Below are positions 16,402-26,768 of a DNA stretch of 64,000 nt, piece after piece. The stretch's first letter is position 1, and every line of letters starts with the position of its first letter. Location of the stretch: the sequence record MW812343.1; one strand, 5' to 3'. A model generated the notes under the pieces. It did not search any database. It had not been told where the DNA came from and was given only the letters and a program-made list of their open reading frames with translations. A program made the position numbers and the translations under genes.

Positions 16402-17601
16402 TTATCTTGTACCCGCTTCAGCTTGTACGTCGTCGCGAGAAGTCAGGCTGCTGTTGACGTGTACTGCCGCCTGAACCACACCACCGTACTGCTTGTGGAG
16501 GTAGTTCGGGTGCGGGTTGTCCGCGTTAATGTGGTTTTGCAGGTTCTGAGACAGCGTGTTGATGGAGTTCTGCAACCCAGCCACTTGCTGTTTCAGTGCG
16601 TTGACCTCACCGGAGAGATCCTGAATCTGCTGCTGCGTATCCGACCCGGCTGCTTCCAAATCACTGATGCGCTGTTTCAACCCATTGATGACTTGGTTCT
16701 GGTCATTCACTAACTTTTGAAGTTGAAGTACCAGAGAGTTAAGGTCAGCTTGTTGCAGGGCAGCTTTCTGGTAATTCAGCGCCACCGAGTTCAGCTGGTC
16801 ATTCCACGAACCAAGCGCGCTGACCACTGCATCAATACGTGCACCCAGTGCCGTGTCTGCGGCTTTCAGGTTACCGATATCCGCGAGCACCGCATTAATA
16901 GCCGTCTGCACGCTTTGAATCAGCGCACGGATTTCCGTTTCAGTCAGGCCGTTCGCTTGGTGAATATCCAGCGAGTGGACGTTCCCCTTCGAATCAATGT
17001 GCGATTGCAGCGCGGTCATCAACTGGGTCTGCATGTCAGACATGGCAGTCAGAATCTGTTGCAGCTGAACTTCGTTACCGGAGTTAATCGCATCGGTCAT
17101 CAGCGCTAACTGCGTGATGATGTACTCGAAACCAAACAGGTCACCAAGGTCTTTAAAACCCGGTGCTGATGCAAAGGTATCAGGCACGTTACGCAGGTCA
17201 GCAAAGTCCACCTTACGGTCTTCAAGGTTCGCATCGGCTAACGCTTGTTTAATCGCGGTGATGACCGCTGACTGAGGCCCGCCGACCACTTGAGCCGTAC
17301 AGACAATATCGGTTGGAATCGCACTGTTGGTGACAACGACCGCCATACAGACTTCGCGGTTCTTTGTGAGTTTCATGTACGCCGGATGGACGTAAATCAG
17401 CTCGTAGTCGGTGCCGCGGGTATAAATGGTGTTCGGTTGGTTGGCCGGACGCATACGGAACGTGTCTGCGTAGAACGGCCCTGCTGGAAAGGCGAACGCG
17501 CGGTTAACCTTTCCCCCACCTAACACAACTGGGACATTGACCGCGTTACTGGACGCGGAACCCGTCAGGTCAAGTGGGTATTGAAATAGAATATCTGGCA
17601 T
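16402..17601 (-). CDS. Short tail-fibre-like virion protein with long coiled coil
   Basis: N-terminal YPLDLTG...GPFY...GTDY domain is shared with the three large fibres. Heptad-rich middle contains RISDLE; HINADNPHPNYL fibre motif near the C-terminus. ATG at 17601 follows GGGAG. Confidence 0.7.
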   Translation of the reverse strand: MPDILFQYPLDLTGSASSNAVNVPVVLGGGKVNRAFAFPAGPFYADTFRMRPANQPNTIYTRGTDYELIYVHPAYMKLTKNREVCMAVVVTNSAIPTDIVCTAQVVGGPQSAVITAIKQALADANLEDRKVDFADLRNVPDTFASAPGFKDLGDLFGFEYIITQLALMTDAINSGNEVQLQQILTAMSDMQTQLMTALQSHIDSKGNVHSLDIHQANGLTETEIRALIQSVQTAINAVLADIGNLKAADTALGARIDAVVSALGSWNDQLNSVALNYQKAALQQADLNSLVLQLQKLVNDQNQVINGLKQRISDLEAAGSDTQQQIQDLSGEVNALKQQVAGLQNSINTLSQNLQNHINADNPHPNYLHKQYGGVVQAAVHVNSSLTSRDDVQAEAGTR

Positions 17602-17648
17602 GGCCAAACTCCCTTAGCGAGACGTCCTTGTCTCATCGTGTTAGATGG

Positions 17649-20600
17649 TTACAGCAACTTAGGCATAAGATTGACCGACAGCTTGGAAGCCGCAGAGGTT
17701 CCACCGTAGTAGTTTGCCCCTTTCCCGACATAGAGAGCGTTATCTTCAATCAAGTACATGATAGGCTCAACGGTCGCGTATTCAGCCATGATAACCGGGA
17801 AGTAATCACTCAGCGAAATACCCGCTGGCATATCGACCCGATAAACTTCGCGTACACCTTGCGTCAGTCTGCCGTTGCTAGGCCCGGATACGTTCGTGGT
17901 TGCCCGAATCAGAACGGTATCGGCATCGGACAGGTAGAACGGGGTCTCTGTGCCGTCGGTATCAATGTTAGAGAGGCTAAACGCCGCAAACATAGAAGCC
18001 TTACTGGCCGAGTTTCCACTGATTGTGAATACGTTCTTCACACCCACCTGCGCGGTCAGAACAGCAGAGTTGTTACCGGAGAGAATACTCGCAGCGTTTC
18101 CTGTGGTTTCATTCCGAACCGAGATAGAACCAGATGAAAAACTGTACCCGGCACCCACTTTGACACGTACCGTCGGTGTCGAAGGTGTAACTTCCACAAT
18201 CATCGTCCAAATCAACGACGTAATCGCAGACATCCCTTCAATACCAACCCACTTCGCTCCATCAATCGCAGACTGTGCTGCACCATTCACCCCTTTTACC
18301 GTAAAGTGTTTGAAGTCTTTAGGTAGCGTTGTGATGTCTACATCGCGAAGCAGCTCAATCGGTGCGCCGTGGTTTTGTGCGGAGAAAATCGAACCTACCT
18401 GATTGACGTCCAAGTACGTCCCGCCGGTTGCGGAAGGTGCAGCAATGGGTTGTTTACGCAACAGCCCCAAACGGGAAAGCCTCGCTTCGGTATCGACATT
18501 CACATCGTGACTGTAGATCGTTTCTGCGTGCTCTGTCAGTTGTTTCAACTCACCTAAACGCTTCACCTTGGTGAACTCCGATGACAGGATACGTTTGTCA
18601 TCTGTCACCACCGTGCCCAGATACAGGCGACTGTTGGTGTCGGGTAACTTCGTTGTCAACAGCTGGTATTCTGCCACACCGTTAGTGACCACTGCGTGCA
18701 TGTAGAACGTACGGTTCTGGTATGCCCCAGGGAACAGTGTCCGAATGTCTGCACTGTATTCCGGTAACGTGTAATACGAGGAACCGAAACGCAACGCTTC
18801 TTCTTCGGTGACGTACAGCTGCCACCCTTCTGCCGTTTTCACCCCTGCGAGAATCGCATCTTCTGACGTTGTGGACTGGAACGTTCTGCTGAGATTCGGA
18901 TACAGGGCTGCCCCGTAGTACATACCGGAATAGAACCACTTCGTGATACCGAGGTAACCCGTTTCAGGATGAATGAACAGATCCTGTTCGCCCACTTGCG
19001 GGTTGACGCGGAAGAAGGTGTTCGTCCAGTCTGACCATGAGGTGTCGCAGGTCAGTAAGAAGCTGGCCCAACGTGAGTCACCCACCACGCCATGGCGGTA
19101 CACACCACCCAACAGCAGCACGTAGCCGTCGTTACGGTACACCAATTTGGAGTTGATGTATTGGTCGCGAGTTAAACTGATAGCGGCATTGTTGTCGTAG
19201 TACGCATCCACAACCAACGCACGGGAACCCAGCGTCAGAGAGATGTTTCCTACTGCATCCACCGCCATCGGGACACGCCACACCCACGTACGGTTATACG
19301 CACGGACTTTGCTGTCGTTTTCCCACGTACGCGTAGTCAGGTACATCATCGCAAGGTTAGTCCCCCCGATATCAAACACCTGCAACGCGATCTGCTTGTC
19401 GACGGTCAGTGGATTATCGTAATACGCCACCTCTCCCTGCACAGCAGCATTCATGCTATCGAACAACGCCTGACTGGCTGTAATACGGTCAGCCGTCAAC
19501 ACCGTTGTTCCCGCCACGTTTTTATACGCGTAGGTACCCGGACTGTTAATGGTGCGACCATTAAGGGTAAGGGCGTTATTCTTCCAGACGTTCGGTATCA
19601 TCGCAATTTCTTGCGCGACAGCAGCGTCGACCGAGACACGGTCATTGTCCGGGCCGTATCCATACGCAGAGTAACCGTCGAAATACTGGCTACCCGTGAC
19701 ATACTTCGCCACTGCGTATTTCGTTGTGGCCAGATAACGGAAAAGAATCTTCTGCTCACTACCCCCAAGGTGGATACCCATGCGCATGTACTGCTGGTAA
19801 ACAGAACCTTCCGCGCCTTTACCGGTCATGCTGCTGATGATACCAATCCGTGGGGAGCCCGCTAACAGGTCGTAATACTCTTTCCCGCCCAGCGAACCAA
19901 TGTCGTAATACGGCGGATTGTTGCTGTACACGTCACAGATAATCCCGACCAGATATCCCGCAGTCGCGAAATAGTTGGTAAGCAACGCTACGCCAAAGTT
20001 ACGGTTTGATACCGACGTTGGCGGTTGACCATTCGGGAACTCCAACTTGTTCTCGGTAATCGCCAATGGGAAGATGTTGGTTTCCAGCGTGACCTTGCCG
20101 GTATCCACATCGATGTTGTACACGGTTGCCCACGCGTCAGACCATGTGGCATTATAGGCGTTGCTGTAGTAACCGTGCGACTCACTGCGCAACCGAACGT
20201 TCTCACCGCGTGCAGCACTCAGGAAGGACGGGCGATAGTTCGCCACGTTTCTTGACCCTGTCCACTTCTCACGACCGGCTGCTGTGGTGTAAGCAATCCG
20301 CTTCGTGGCTGTGTTGTCGTCCTCAGGGCCGCCGTCTTCTACAAAATGAATCGCATCCCCATCTTTACTCGGATAGGTCAGCGACATCACGGCGAAGTTG
20401 GCTACCGTTTGGCCGGTCAGTGCCGTACGTGCTACCTTCCATGCCGCGACGTAGAACGTCGAGTTGGTCAGGTAGTTGTACGCAATCATGATCGCTTTCG
20501 CAGTCAGAGTGATGGTACAGTACGTTATGTTTTTCACCGGATTAAGGCTGCCGGTAGAACGCGCCGCATCGGGAAGGTTTACCTGATACACCTGCGTGTG

Positions 20601-22592
20601 CTTGGCTTGGTTCATGGAACCGCCATACACAACCAGATACGTTTTACTGTCCGACCCGGTAAACAGAGCCAAACCATCGCCAGCTAACAGCACCTTCGTT
20701 AGCGTCACGCCAGGGAAGTTAACCATCCCCGCGGGGTGATACTTCTGTGTGGTCGGAACAGCCCCGAGCAGCTTCCCATCGTTACCCACCTTCGAATACC
20801 AATAATAGATACCGTCGGTTTCGGTCGGACCATCCGTCCCGTTTCGCAGGATGTAAAGCTTATCACCTTCAATCCCAGCAGAACCTAAAGCAGACGAACG
20901 GAAGAAACCGAAGCCTGCGTAGTTACTGACCGTTGGGATATTCAGGAATCCGCTGTTCCCGTAGGATGCACCACCTGTTGTCCACGACGGTAGCAGGGTA
21001 TCCAGTACGCCTTTATACGTGTTAAGACGCTGCTGAACGTTGTAGCCCTGTTTAGACGTCACAACCTTATCGGTGGTGGTGTCAATGGCATCCCAGAGTT
21101 GCAGCAAACCTGCGGTAGTATCAGACGCCGTTGGTACGGCGGTCAGATCCGCAAAGGTGTGCGTGTGGTTCGCCAATGCTTTATTCGCCAATACCGCACG
21201 AATGGCTGTTGTCAACGGTTTTTCAGACGGGGCTGTGTTGTTGAGGTTACCTACACCCACGTCGGATGCAGACAGGGACAACGTCTGGGTTGACCCGTCA
21301 TCCACAAACTTCTTACCGTTGATGGTGTACGTGTTGTCCACGTAGTTATCCAGCGTTTTCTTCAACACGTTAACTGCGTATTGGGAAATCGCTGTACCGG
21401 AAGTCAGGTTCGCCGACAGGTTAGTGATGGCAAACAGACCCGGCACCGTATCCGTTGCGGTAGGCAGTTGGGCGTTCATGGTCAGCGGCGATGACTCACG
21501 CGCCGTACCGAACGTTTTGATTGAATCGGTCGAGGCGAAGTACGCATTCCCCGGCAGGAGTTTCACTTCCGCCAGATACAGCGATACCATGTCGGGCGTT
21601 ACCAGATACGCACCGTTGAAAATCGGCGCAACAGCGCCGTTCAGGACGTACGCGGTATTCAGACCGGAGCCCAGTTCAACCCCCACGCCTTTTTCGTTAT
21701 TATCTGCATCCGCGGTGACATTAATGGCACGCGTGGTCGTGATGAGGAACTTCTCACCTTGCAGAGTAATGACATGACTGGAGTCTGCCGTACGGAACGT
21801 CAATGCGCCGTTGTTCAGCACTTTCAAACGGCCACGCAGTTCTCCGAGCACCACAGGCATCAGGGTATCGATGTGTGCTTGCTGAATCCCATTGGTCTTC
21901 ATGATAGCCACTAACTCATCCAGCGTCTTTCCGAACGCTTTGGTTGAGTCAACGGCTTTGGTCAGCACTTTCAATGCACCGATTTCGTCAGTGGTGTACT
22001 GGTGGGCATTCTTGATACGATGATGGCTATACAGGTTGTCATCAAAGATTTTCTTGCCGTTAGCAAAAATCAAATCGGTGACTTCACTGTACGCGGCATC
22101 CATTTCTCCGGCGCGCTTAATCAATCCCAGACGGATATCATCCAGCGCTTTTACCACCTCATCGCGAAGCAGGGCTTCGTCGAGGTTAGCCGGGGGGTCG
22201 ATGGCAGGAATCACTGGCGCATAGCGCATCAGTTCCGACCAGTCAACGTTACGCGGATCGGCAATGTCCTCCTTTACGAGGAACTTACCAATCTCGGTCT
22301 GTGGAACGCGGTATTCGCGCCCAATCGAACTGATGGTGTAATCAACGGAGGTGTCCCCGTTAATCAACATAATCCCGCCGTAGATTTGGTCTTTCATTGC
22401 GACAGCGGCTTCTTTGTAATAGTAGCCGAGGTAGTAATCCAGACCCTCAATGAGCTTTGTGCCTGCGCTGTTTTTCAGCTCAAGCCCGGTACGGAAGAAC
22501 GGCCCCTCAGGAGGGATGACCACATTGTATTTGTTTGGATACGTGGTCGTCAGTAGCGTACCGGTAAATTTGGCTACGTTCGTGCTCGCCAT
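17649..22592 (-). CDS. Large tail fibre / baseplate fibre protein (1647 aa)
   Basis: Shared N-terminal GPFF...G.DY domain; fibre shaft motifs (DVGVGNLNNT, HTHTFADL, AS.T.AG..QL); large beta-rich insert. Confidence 0.75.
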   Translation of the reverse strand: MASTNVAKFTGTLLTTTYPNKYNVVIPPEGPFFRTGLELKNSAGTKLIEGLDYYLGYYYKEAAVAMKDQIYGGIMLINGDTSVDYTISSIGREYRVPQTEIGKFLVKEDIADPRNVDWSELMRYAPVIPAIDPPANLDEALLRDEVVKALDDIRLGLIKRAGEMDAAYSEVTDLIFANGKKIFDDNLYSHHRIKNAHQYTTDEIGALKVLTKAVDSTKAFGKTLDELVAIMKTNGIQQAHIDTLMPVVLGELRGRLKVLNNGALTFRTADSSHVITLQGEKFLITTTRAINVTADADNNEKGVGVELGSGLNTAYVLNGAVAPIFNGAYLVTPDMVSLYLAEVKLLPGNAYFASTDSIKTFGTARESSPLTMNAQLPTATDTVPGLFAITNLSANLTSGTAISQYAVNVLKKTLDNYVDNTYTINGKKFVDDGSTQTLSLSASDVGVGNLNNTAPSEKPLTTAIRAVLANKALANHTHTFADLTAVPTASDTTAGLLQLWDAIDTTTDKVVTSKQGYNVQQRLNTYKGVLDTLLPSWTTGGASYGNSGFLNIPTVSNYAGFGFFRSSALGSAGIEGDKLYILRNGTDGPTETDGIYYWYSKVGNDGKLLGAVPTTQKYHPAGMVNFPGVTLTKVLLAGDGLALFTGSDSKTYLVVYGGSMNQAKHTQVYQVNLPDAARSTGSLNPVKNITYCTITLTAKAIMIAYNYLTNSTFYVAAWKVARTALTGQTVANFAVMSLTYPSKDGDAIHFVEDGGPEDDNTATKRIAYTTAAGREKWTGSRNVANYRPSFLSAARGENVRLRSESHGYYSNAYNATWSDAWATVYNIDVDTGKVTLETNIFPLAITENKLEFPNGQPPTSVSNRNFGVALLTNYFATAGYLVGIICDVYSNNPPYYDIGSLGGKEYYDLLAGSPRIGIISSMTGKGAEGSVYQQYMRMGIHLGGSEQKILFRYLATTKYAVAKYVTGSQYFDGYSAYGYGPDNDRVSVDAAVAQEIAMIPNVWKNNALTLNGRTINSPGTYAYKNVAGTTVLTADRITASQALFDSMNAAVQGEVAYYDNPLTVDKQIALQVFDIGGTNLAMMYLTTRTWENDSKVRAYNRTWVWRVPMAVDAVGNISLTLGSRALVVDAYYDNNAAISLTRDQYINSKLVYRNDGYVLLLGGVYRHGVVGDSRWASFLLTCDTSWSDWTNTFFRVNPQVGEQDLFIHPETGYLGITKWFYSGMYYGAALYPNLSRTFQSTTSEDAILAGVKTAEGWQLYVTEEEALRFGSSYYTLPEYSADIRTLFPGAYQNRTFYMHAVVTNGVAEYQLLTTKLPDTNSRLYLGTVVTDDKRILSSEFTKVKRLGELKQLTEHAETIYSHDVNVDTEARLSRLGLLRKQPIAAPSATGGTYLDVNQVGSIFSAQNHGAPIELLRDVDITTLPKDFKHFTVKGVNGAAQSAIDGAKWVGIEGMSAITSLIWTMIVEVTPSTPTVRVKVGAGYSFSSGSISVRNETTGNAASILSGNNSAVLTAQVGVKNVFTISGNSASKASMFAAFSLSNIDTDGTETPFYLSDADTVLIRATTNVSGPSNGRLTQGVREVYRVDMPAGISLSDYFPVIMAEYATVEPIMYLIEDNALYVGKGANYYGGTSAASKLSVNLMPKLL

Positions 22593-22623
22593 GAAAAAAC
22601 ACTCCTACGTATTGATAAAAGGT

Positions 22624-22668
22624 TACCGCCCTTTCGGGCGGTAGCTTGCGGGTAACACGCCCGCAAGC
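22624..22668. other. Two back-to-back hairpins between fibre genes
   Basis: TACCGCCC-TTTC-GGGCGGTA is immediately followed by GCTTGCGGG-TAACACG-CCCGCAAGC. On the minus strand the pair is followed by ACCTTTTAT. Confidence 0.75.
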
Positions 22669-22678
22669 GTGTACCCTC

Positions 22679-25600
22679 TTACACCCACTGTCCTAAGTCA
22701 GTTCCATCTGTCGTCCGTTCGGCCAGCATCTTGTCTTGCAACACTTTCCACAACTTCATGGTCATGTGCAGCGGATTGATGCGTTTCGCGAGATAACGAT
22801 CGGTGACGTACCAAGACGCATCGTACGCACTTGCCTCCGTAATGGTTGTCAGCAGGTTATTGTCACTGTCGTAGACTTCGTAAGTGAATTCCAATTTAAT
22901 GGCTTCACCTTTGTTGCCCGGCAGGTAAAATAACTGGAGCTTTAAACCGCCACGACGGTAGTGCGCAGGTATCGTGAGTTCCCCCGATGCCGTAGCTGCA
23001 TAATCGGCATTAATGACTTGGTTACCGACGGCAATCTGACGGATGGCATTGACTGGCGAACCCTTAACAACCTTCACCTTGGCGGCCTTAGACGCCTGTG
23101 GGAGATTGTATTCGAACAACAACCCCGTCATTAAGAATTTCGTGCCATCAGTACCGCCGTACTTACCGAACCAGTCACCGTTGGTGAGAGCTGCGGTAGC
23201 CGACTGTATAGCCGCTCCCCGATTAAACGCCAACGGAAGGTAACCGTCCTGCGAGCTATAGTGGCCCCGCAACCCCGCGTTTATCCCCACGAATTCCGTA
23301 TAGCGTGAGTCCGTGTAATAAGCACTGGCTGGGGAAAGAACGGTTGTATTTTTCACAGGTGTGCTTGGAAGAACACCCGAATCGGCATACGACTCAAAGA
23401 GCGAACGCAGGTATTGATATTTACCTTCATCCAGCCCAATGCCGTCGAGTGGGGCAACGGTACCTAACAGGGTGCAGGTGCTCGCCCCGCCGGACAATGG
23501 CGGCAGCTCCAACCCAACAAAACCGCCCATGAGCCCACGAACATCAACGCTGAACTGAATTTCCAGTTCGTTAACTACCAGTGGGATATCTGCATCCGTG
23601 TTGTTACCGGGGAAGTAGACACTGAACACCGACAGCTTGCGTTGTGTGACGTTGTACGTGTAGCGCACCGCCAAGCGTGGAGAACCTGCTGCTAACGAAA
23701 GTAAGTCCATCACCCCCTGCACAGAGACCGCCTCATTCTTCCGAAGCGATGTCGTTTTGGAGTACAGCGTGTAGGACTCAAACGTCGGTAGCGTAGTGGA
23801 AACCCCATTATGCGACGCAATGGCAGTCACATAACCGTAGTCCGGTTCTGCTGATCCATCCAACGGAACGCGCAGGTAACGGTTGCGGTAATCTGCACTC
23901 GCATCTCCAAGCGTTGGGCTGGCGAACAGCAACTTCGGCAACGGTTGGGCGTATAACCCACTGGTTTGATATTCATCGTAAACCAGCCCGCCTTGGTACG
24001 TGGCCTCACCATTAACTTTTGGATTGGACGGCGTAAACCACCACTGTGGGGTTTGTTCCGTCGTCTCCAACAGCATGTACGCGTTCTTCGTGGTGCTGTT
24101 ACGCGCCATCTGGGTTAGCCCATAGACGGTGGTAGCGCCCGCAGTCAGTTCTCCATACAAGGCAGAGGGAGAATTAAACCGCAATTTACCAATGGGGAGT
24201 AACGCAGCATTATCTGACAACCGCCAGTCCCGCGGATCGGGGATGTGCTGTTTCAAACTGGCGATATGTGCTGACAGTTCGCTGGTCACACCGTAGTCGT
24301 GCATCATGGGGAAGCTGATGGTCGAGGACTTGATACCACCCGCCGGAACATCAATCACCCCAATCAATGCCGTTTCTGGTGCCACCTCGGTTGTCAACTG
24401 CGGCTCCGCGCGACTGTACATGGATTGGGTTACCATGTTCAGATAAAGGAAATGGCGGTTACCGAACGTTGGGGTCATGAACTCCCCAAGTTGCGCGATA
24501 GGCGTGCCCACATCACTGCGATAAATCGGCAAGTCTTCGTCGTAGATCTCGAAGGCCATTGCTGCGGCCTTCGTGCTGTCGTTGCAGTCTACGCGAATCC
24601 CCACACAGGCAGACTGTTTCGCGGAGTCCACATCGACTTCCAAGAAGTACGGCGAGTTGCCGGTACCGACGGATTGACCATCCAGATAGACCGTGACCTT
24701 ACCCCCCGCCACGATATACAGTCTCAGCGTCCCTGTGTACGATTTTAAGCGTAGTTTGGTCAACAGTGAGATAACGGACAGGTCACCCATCCCCGTGGCA
24801 CTGAGGCCAATAGGTACGGCTTTGAGGGCAAATTTCGGTTTGGATGAAATCGCAGAGAAGTCAAAGTTAGCCGCGGTGTTTTTCACACCACCCGCCCAGC
24901 TTTTCTCCATGGTGTTGTTCGGACTGAACCAGTTGAACATCGGGGTGGTTTCGAGGTTAATCGAACCGCTTACCTTGCCCTGGGCACGGTCATTTCCACG
25001 CAGGTAGAAATACTGGAGGTCTTTGACTTGCAGAATACGGCCTGATGCCACTGACCACGTCGACGCGTCGATAATTGAGAAGTCCGTTGCCATACCCGTT
25101 TTCACGGTGTTCAACGAATCCCCAATCGCATCCAGACGGTCAGACAGGCGTTTGAGCAGGTTTGGTGTCACACCCTTACTGCCACTCAGCCCGTCATCCA
25201 GATCAGTGTAGCGTCCCAACCCTTCTGTCAGGTTGGTAGCCAGCGGCAAGTTTAACGACGCAAACGTATGCGTGTGTCCCTTGTCGCTCAGGTCATCCAT
25301 CGCCGCAGCTTGGTCAACCGATACCGGCTTGTTCACGTCAGCCGTGTTATCCGCCTGGCTCAGACCGATATCCGATTTGGTCATGGTACGCGAACCATCA
25401 TCCATCGGTTTGGAGTTCAGCATGGTGGTTTTGGCGACATAACCGGACGCTTTTCCTTCATACGGCGCGAGGGAGTTTGGCGTAGCAGCAACACCACTCG
25501 TTTCATCCCCAGCACCGGATTTCAGTTTGGCTGTTCCTTTTACTGCGGTAGTAGCAGTGGGTAACGCCAGCGTCGGTTTGACTGGGTCAGCCTTTGAGCC

Positions 25601-26758
25601 TTTACCCGTGACGGAGATGCCGTTCTTCCCTTCAACGTAAATCTTCTGGTCGTCAGGGTCGTTAGACTGTCCGCCGTCAGTCGGTTGGTATTTCATCAAC
25701 AATGTCGTGGTGAGCAAGACTTTCCCGTTCAGGGTCAGTTTGTCCATTCCGAGTTTGTTGCCCGACGATTCAATACGCAGGGTATTGGTGCCCGAAGTCC
25801 ACTCCATGAAGCGGGTCGTGGTATCGGCTGCATCGTAGCCCGCGGCCAGAATCACAGCGCCGTTACTTTTGATGGTAAACGCCGTGTCCGTAAACGTAAT
25901 CTCTGACGACCCGTTTTTGGACTTGAACAGTGAGCGGTTCGCCGCCAGTTGCTGAATAAAGACACCGGAGACATCTTTACACGCCCACTTCTCGATATAC
26001 TTATCGATATCGCTCTGCTGGAGGCCCAAGGCACGGATTTCAGCAGTCAGGGTACGTAAGGTCTTCCCATAGGCTAAAAACGTGTCAGGGGTCTTTAGGT
26101 TAGCAGGATGGGCGTTCGCCTGTGCAGGCGTTGTACCGTGTGGATTGTGCGCGGCGATATGTCCAGGGTAGTTAAACGCTGCAATCTCTTTGGCCAATCC
26201 GTTTACCGTAACCTTGAGCGCATCAAGCTTGGCACGAATGGCATTATTTGCCGTTTCGGAATCCAGTTCGACGTCATGTACTGCGGAGGCAACGTACTTT
26301 TTGTTCAACAGGTCATGCCACGAGGTGGCAGCCGGTTTCGGTGGGAAGAAGGTAGGACGGTTTTCAACCTTGAACCAATCGGCATCCACCGGGTTATTCA
26401 GATATTTAACCAGTTCATCAAGAATGTCGATGAACGGTGAATAGAACGTATCCCCCAACGCCTGACCGTTGAAGGTCAGTGACCCACCCACTTTCGGGTT
26501 AATGAGCTGGATACCACACGCAACGGGTGTAGCAACTGACTCATTCAATTCCGGCATCTGGTAAGTAATTTCATAATCGACACCGCGGGTAAGCGGTGTC
26601 GTACTGCCTGACGCAGTCACCACCAAACTGTTTTCAAAGAACGGGCGGTTTTTAAGAATCACCACCCGGTCGTTTGTCAGTTCGTTTGTGATGATGCGTT
26701 CTTCCGTGAACGCATTTGCGGGGCTAGTACCCTTCCAGTCGTAAGGATACGAAACCAT
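22679..26758 (-). CDS. Large tail fibre / baseplate fibre protein (1359 aa)
   Basis: YPYDWKG...PFF...G.DY N-terminal domain; HIAAHNPHG, DIGLSQADNTAD.NKPVS and HTHTF motifs. Confidence 0.75.
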   Translation of the reverse strand: MVSYPYDWKGTSPANAFTEERIITNELTNDRVVILKNRPFFENSLVVTASGSTTPLTRGVDYEITYQMPELNESVATPVACGIQLINPKVGGSLTFNGQALGDTFYSPFIDILDELVKYLNNPVDADWFKVENRPTFFPPKPAATSWHDLLNKKYVASAVHDVELDSETANNAIRAKLDALKVTVNGLAKEIAAFNYPGHIAAHNPHGTTPAQANAHPANLKTPDTFLAYGKTLRTLTAEIRALGLQQSDIDKYIEKWACKDVSGVFIQQLAANRSLFKSKNGSSEITFTDTAFTIKSNGAVILAAGYDAADTTTRFMEWTSGTNTLRIESSGNKLGMDKLTLNGKVLLTTTLLMKYQPTDGGQSNDPDDQKIYVEGKNGISVTGKGSKADPVKPTLALPTATTAVKGTAKLKSGAGDETSGVAATPNSLAPYEGKASGYVAKTTMLNSKPMDDGSRTMTKSDIGLSQADNTADVNKPVSVDQAAAMDDLSDKGHTHTFASLNLPLATNLTEGLGRYTDLDDGLSGSKGVTPNLLKRLSDRLDAIGDSLNTVKTGMATDFSIIDASTWSVASGRILQVKDLQYFYLRGNDRAQGKVSGSINLETTPMFNWFSPNNTMEKSWAGGVKNTAANFDFSAISSKPKFALKAVPIGLSATGMGDLSVISLLTKLRLKSYTGTLRLYIVAGGKVTVYLDGQSVGTGNSPYFLEVDVDSAKQSACVGIRVDCNDSTKAAAMAFEIYDEDLPIYRSDVGTPIAQLGEFMTPTFGNRHFLYLNMVTQSMYSRAEPQLTTEVAPETALIGVIDVPAGGIKSSTISFPMMHDYGVTSELSAHIASLKQHIPDPRDWRLSDNAALLPIGKLRFNSPSALYGELTAGATTVYGLTQMARNSTTKNAYMLLETTEQTPQWWFTPSNPKVNGEATYQGGLVYDEYQTSGLYAQPLPKLLFASPTLGDASADYRNRYLRVPLDGSAEPDYGYVTAIASHNGVSTTLPTFESYTLYSKTTSLRKNEAVSVQGVMDLLSLAAGSPRLAVRYTYNVTQRKLSVFSVYFPGNNTDADIPLVVNELEIQFSVDVRGLMGGFVGLELPPLSGGASTCTLLGTVAPLDGIGLDEGKYQYLRSLFESYADSGVLPSTPVKNTTVLSPASAYYTDSRYTEFVGINAGLRGHYSSQDGYLPLAFNRGAAIQSATAALTNGDWFGKYGGTDGTKFLMTGLLFEYNLPQASKAAKVKVVKGSPVNAIRQIAVGNQVINADYAATASGELTIPAHYRRGGLKLQLFYLPGNKGEAIKLEFTYEVYDSDNNLLTTITEASAYDASWYVTDRYLAKRINPLHMTMKLWKVLQDKMLAERTTDGTDLGQWV

Positions 26759-26768
26759 TTGTTTCTCC

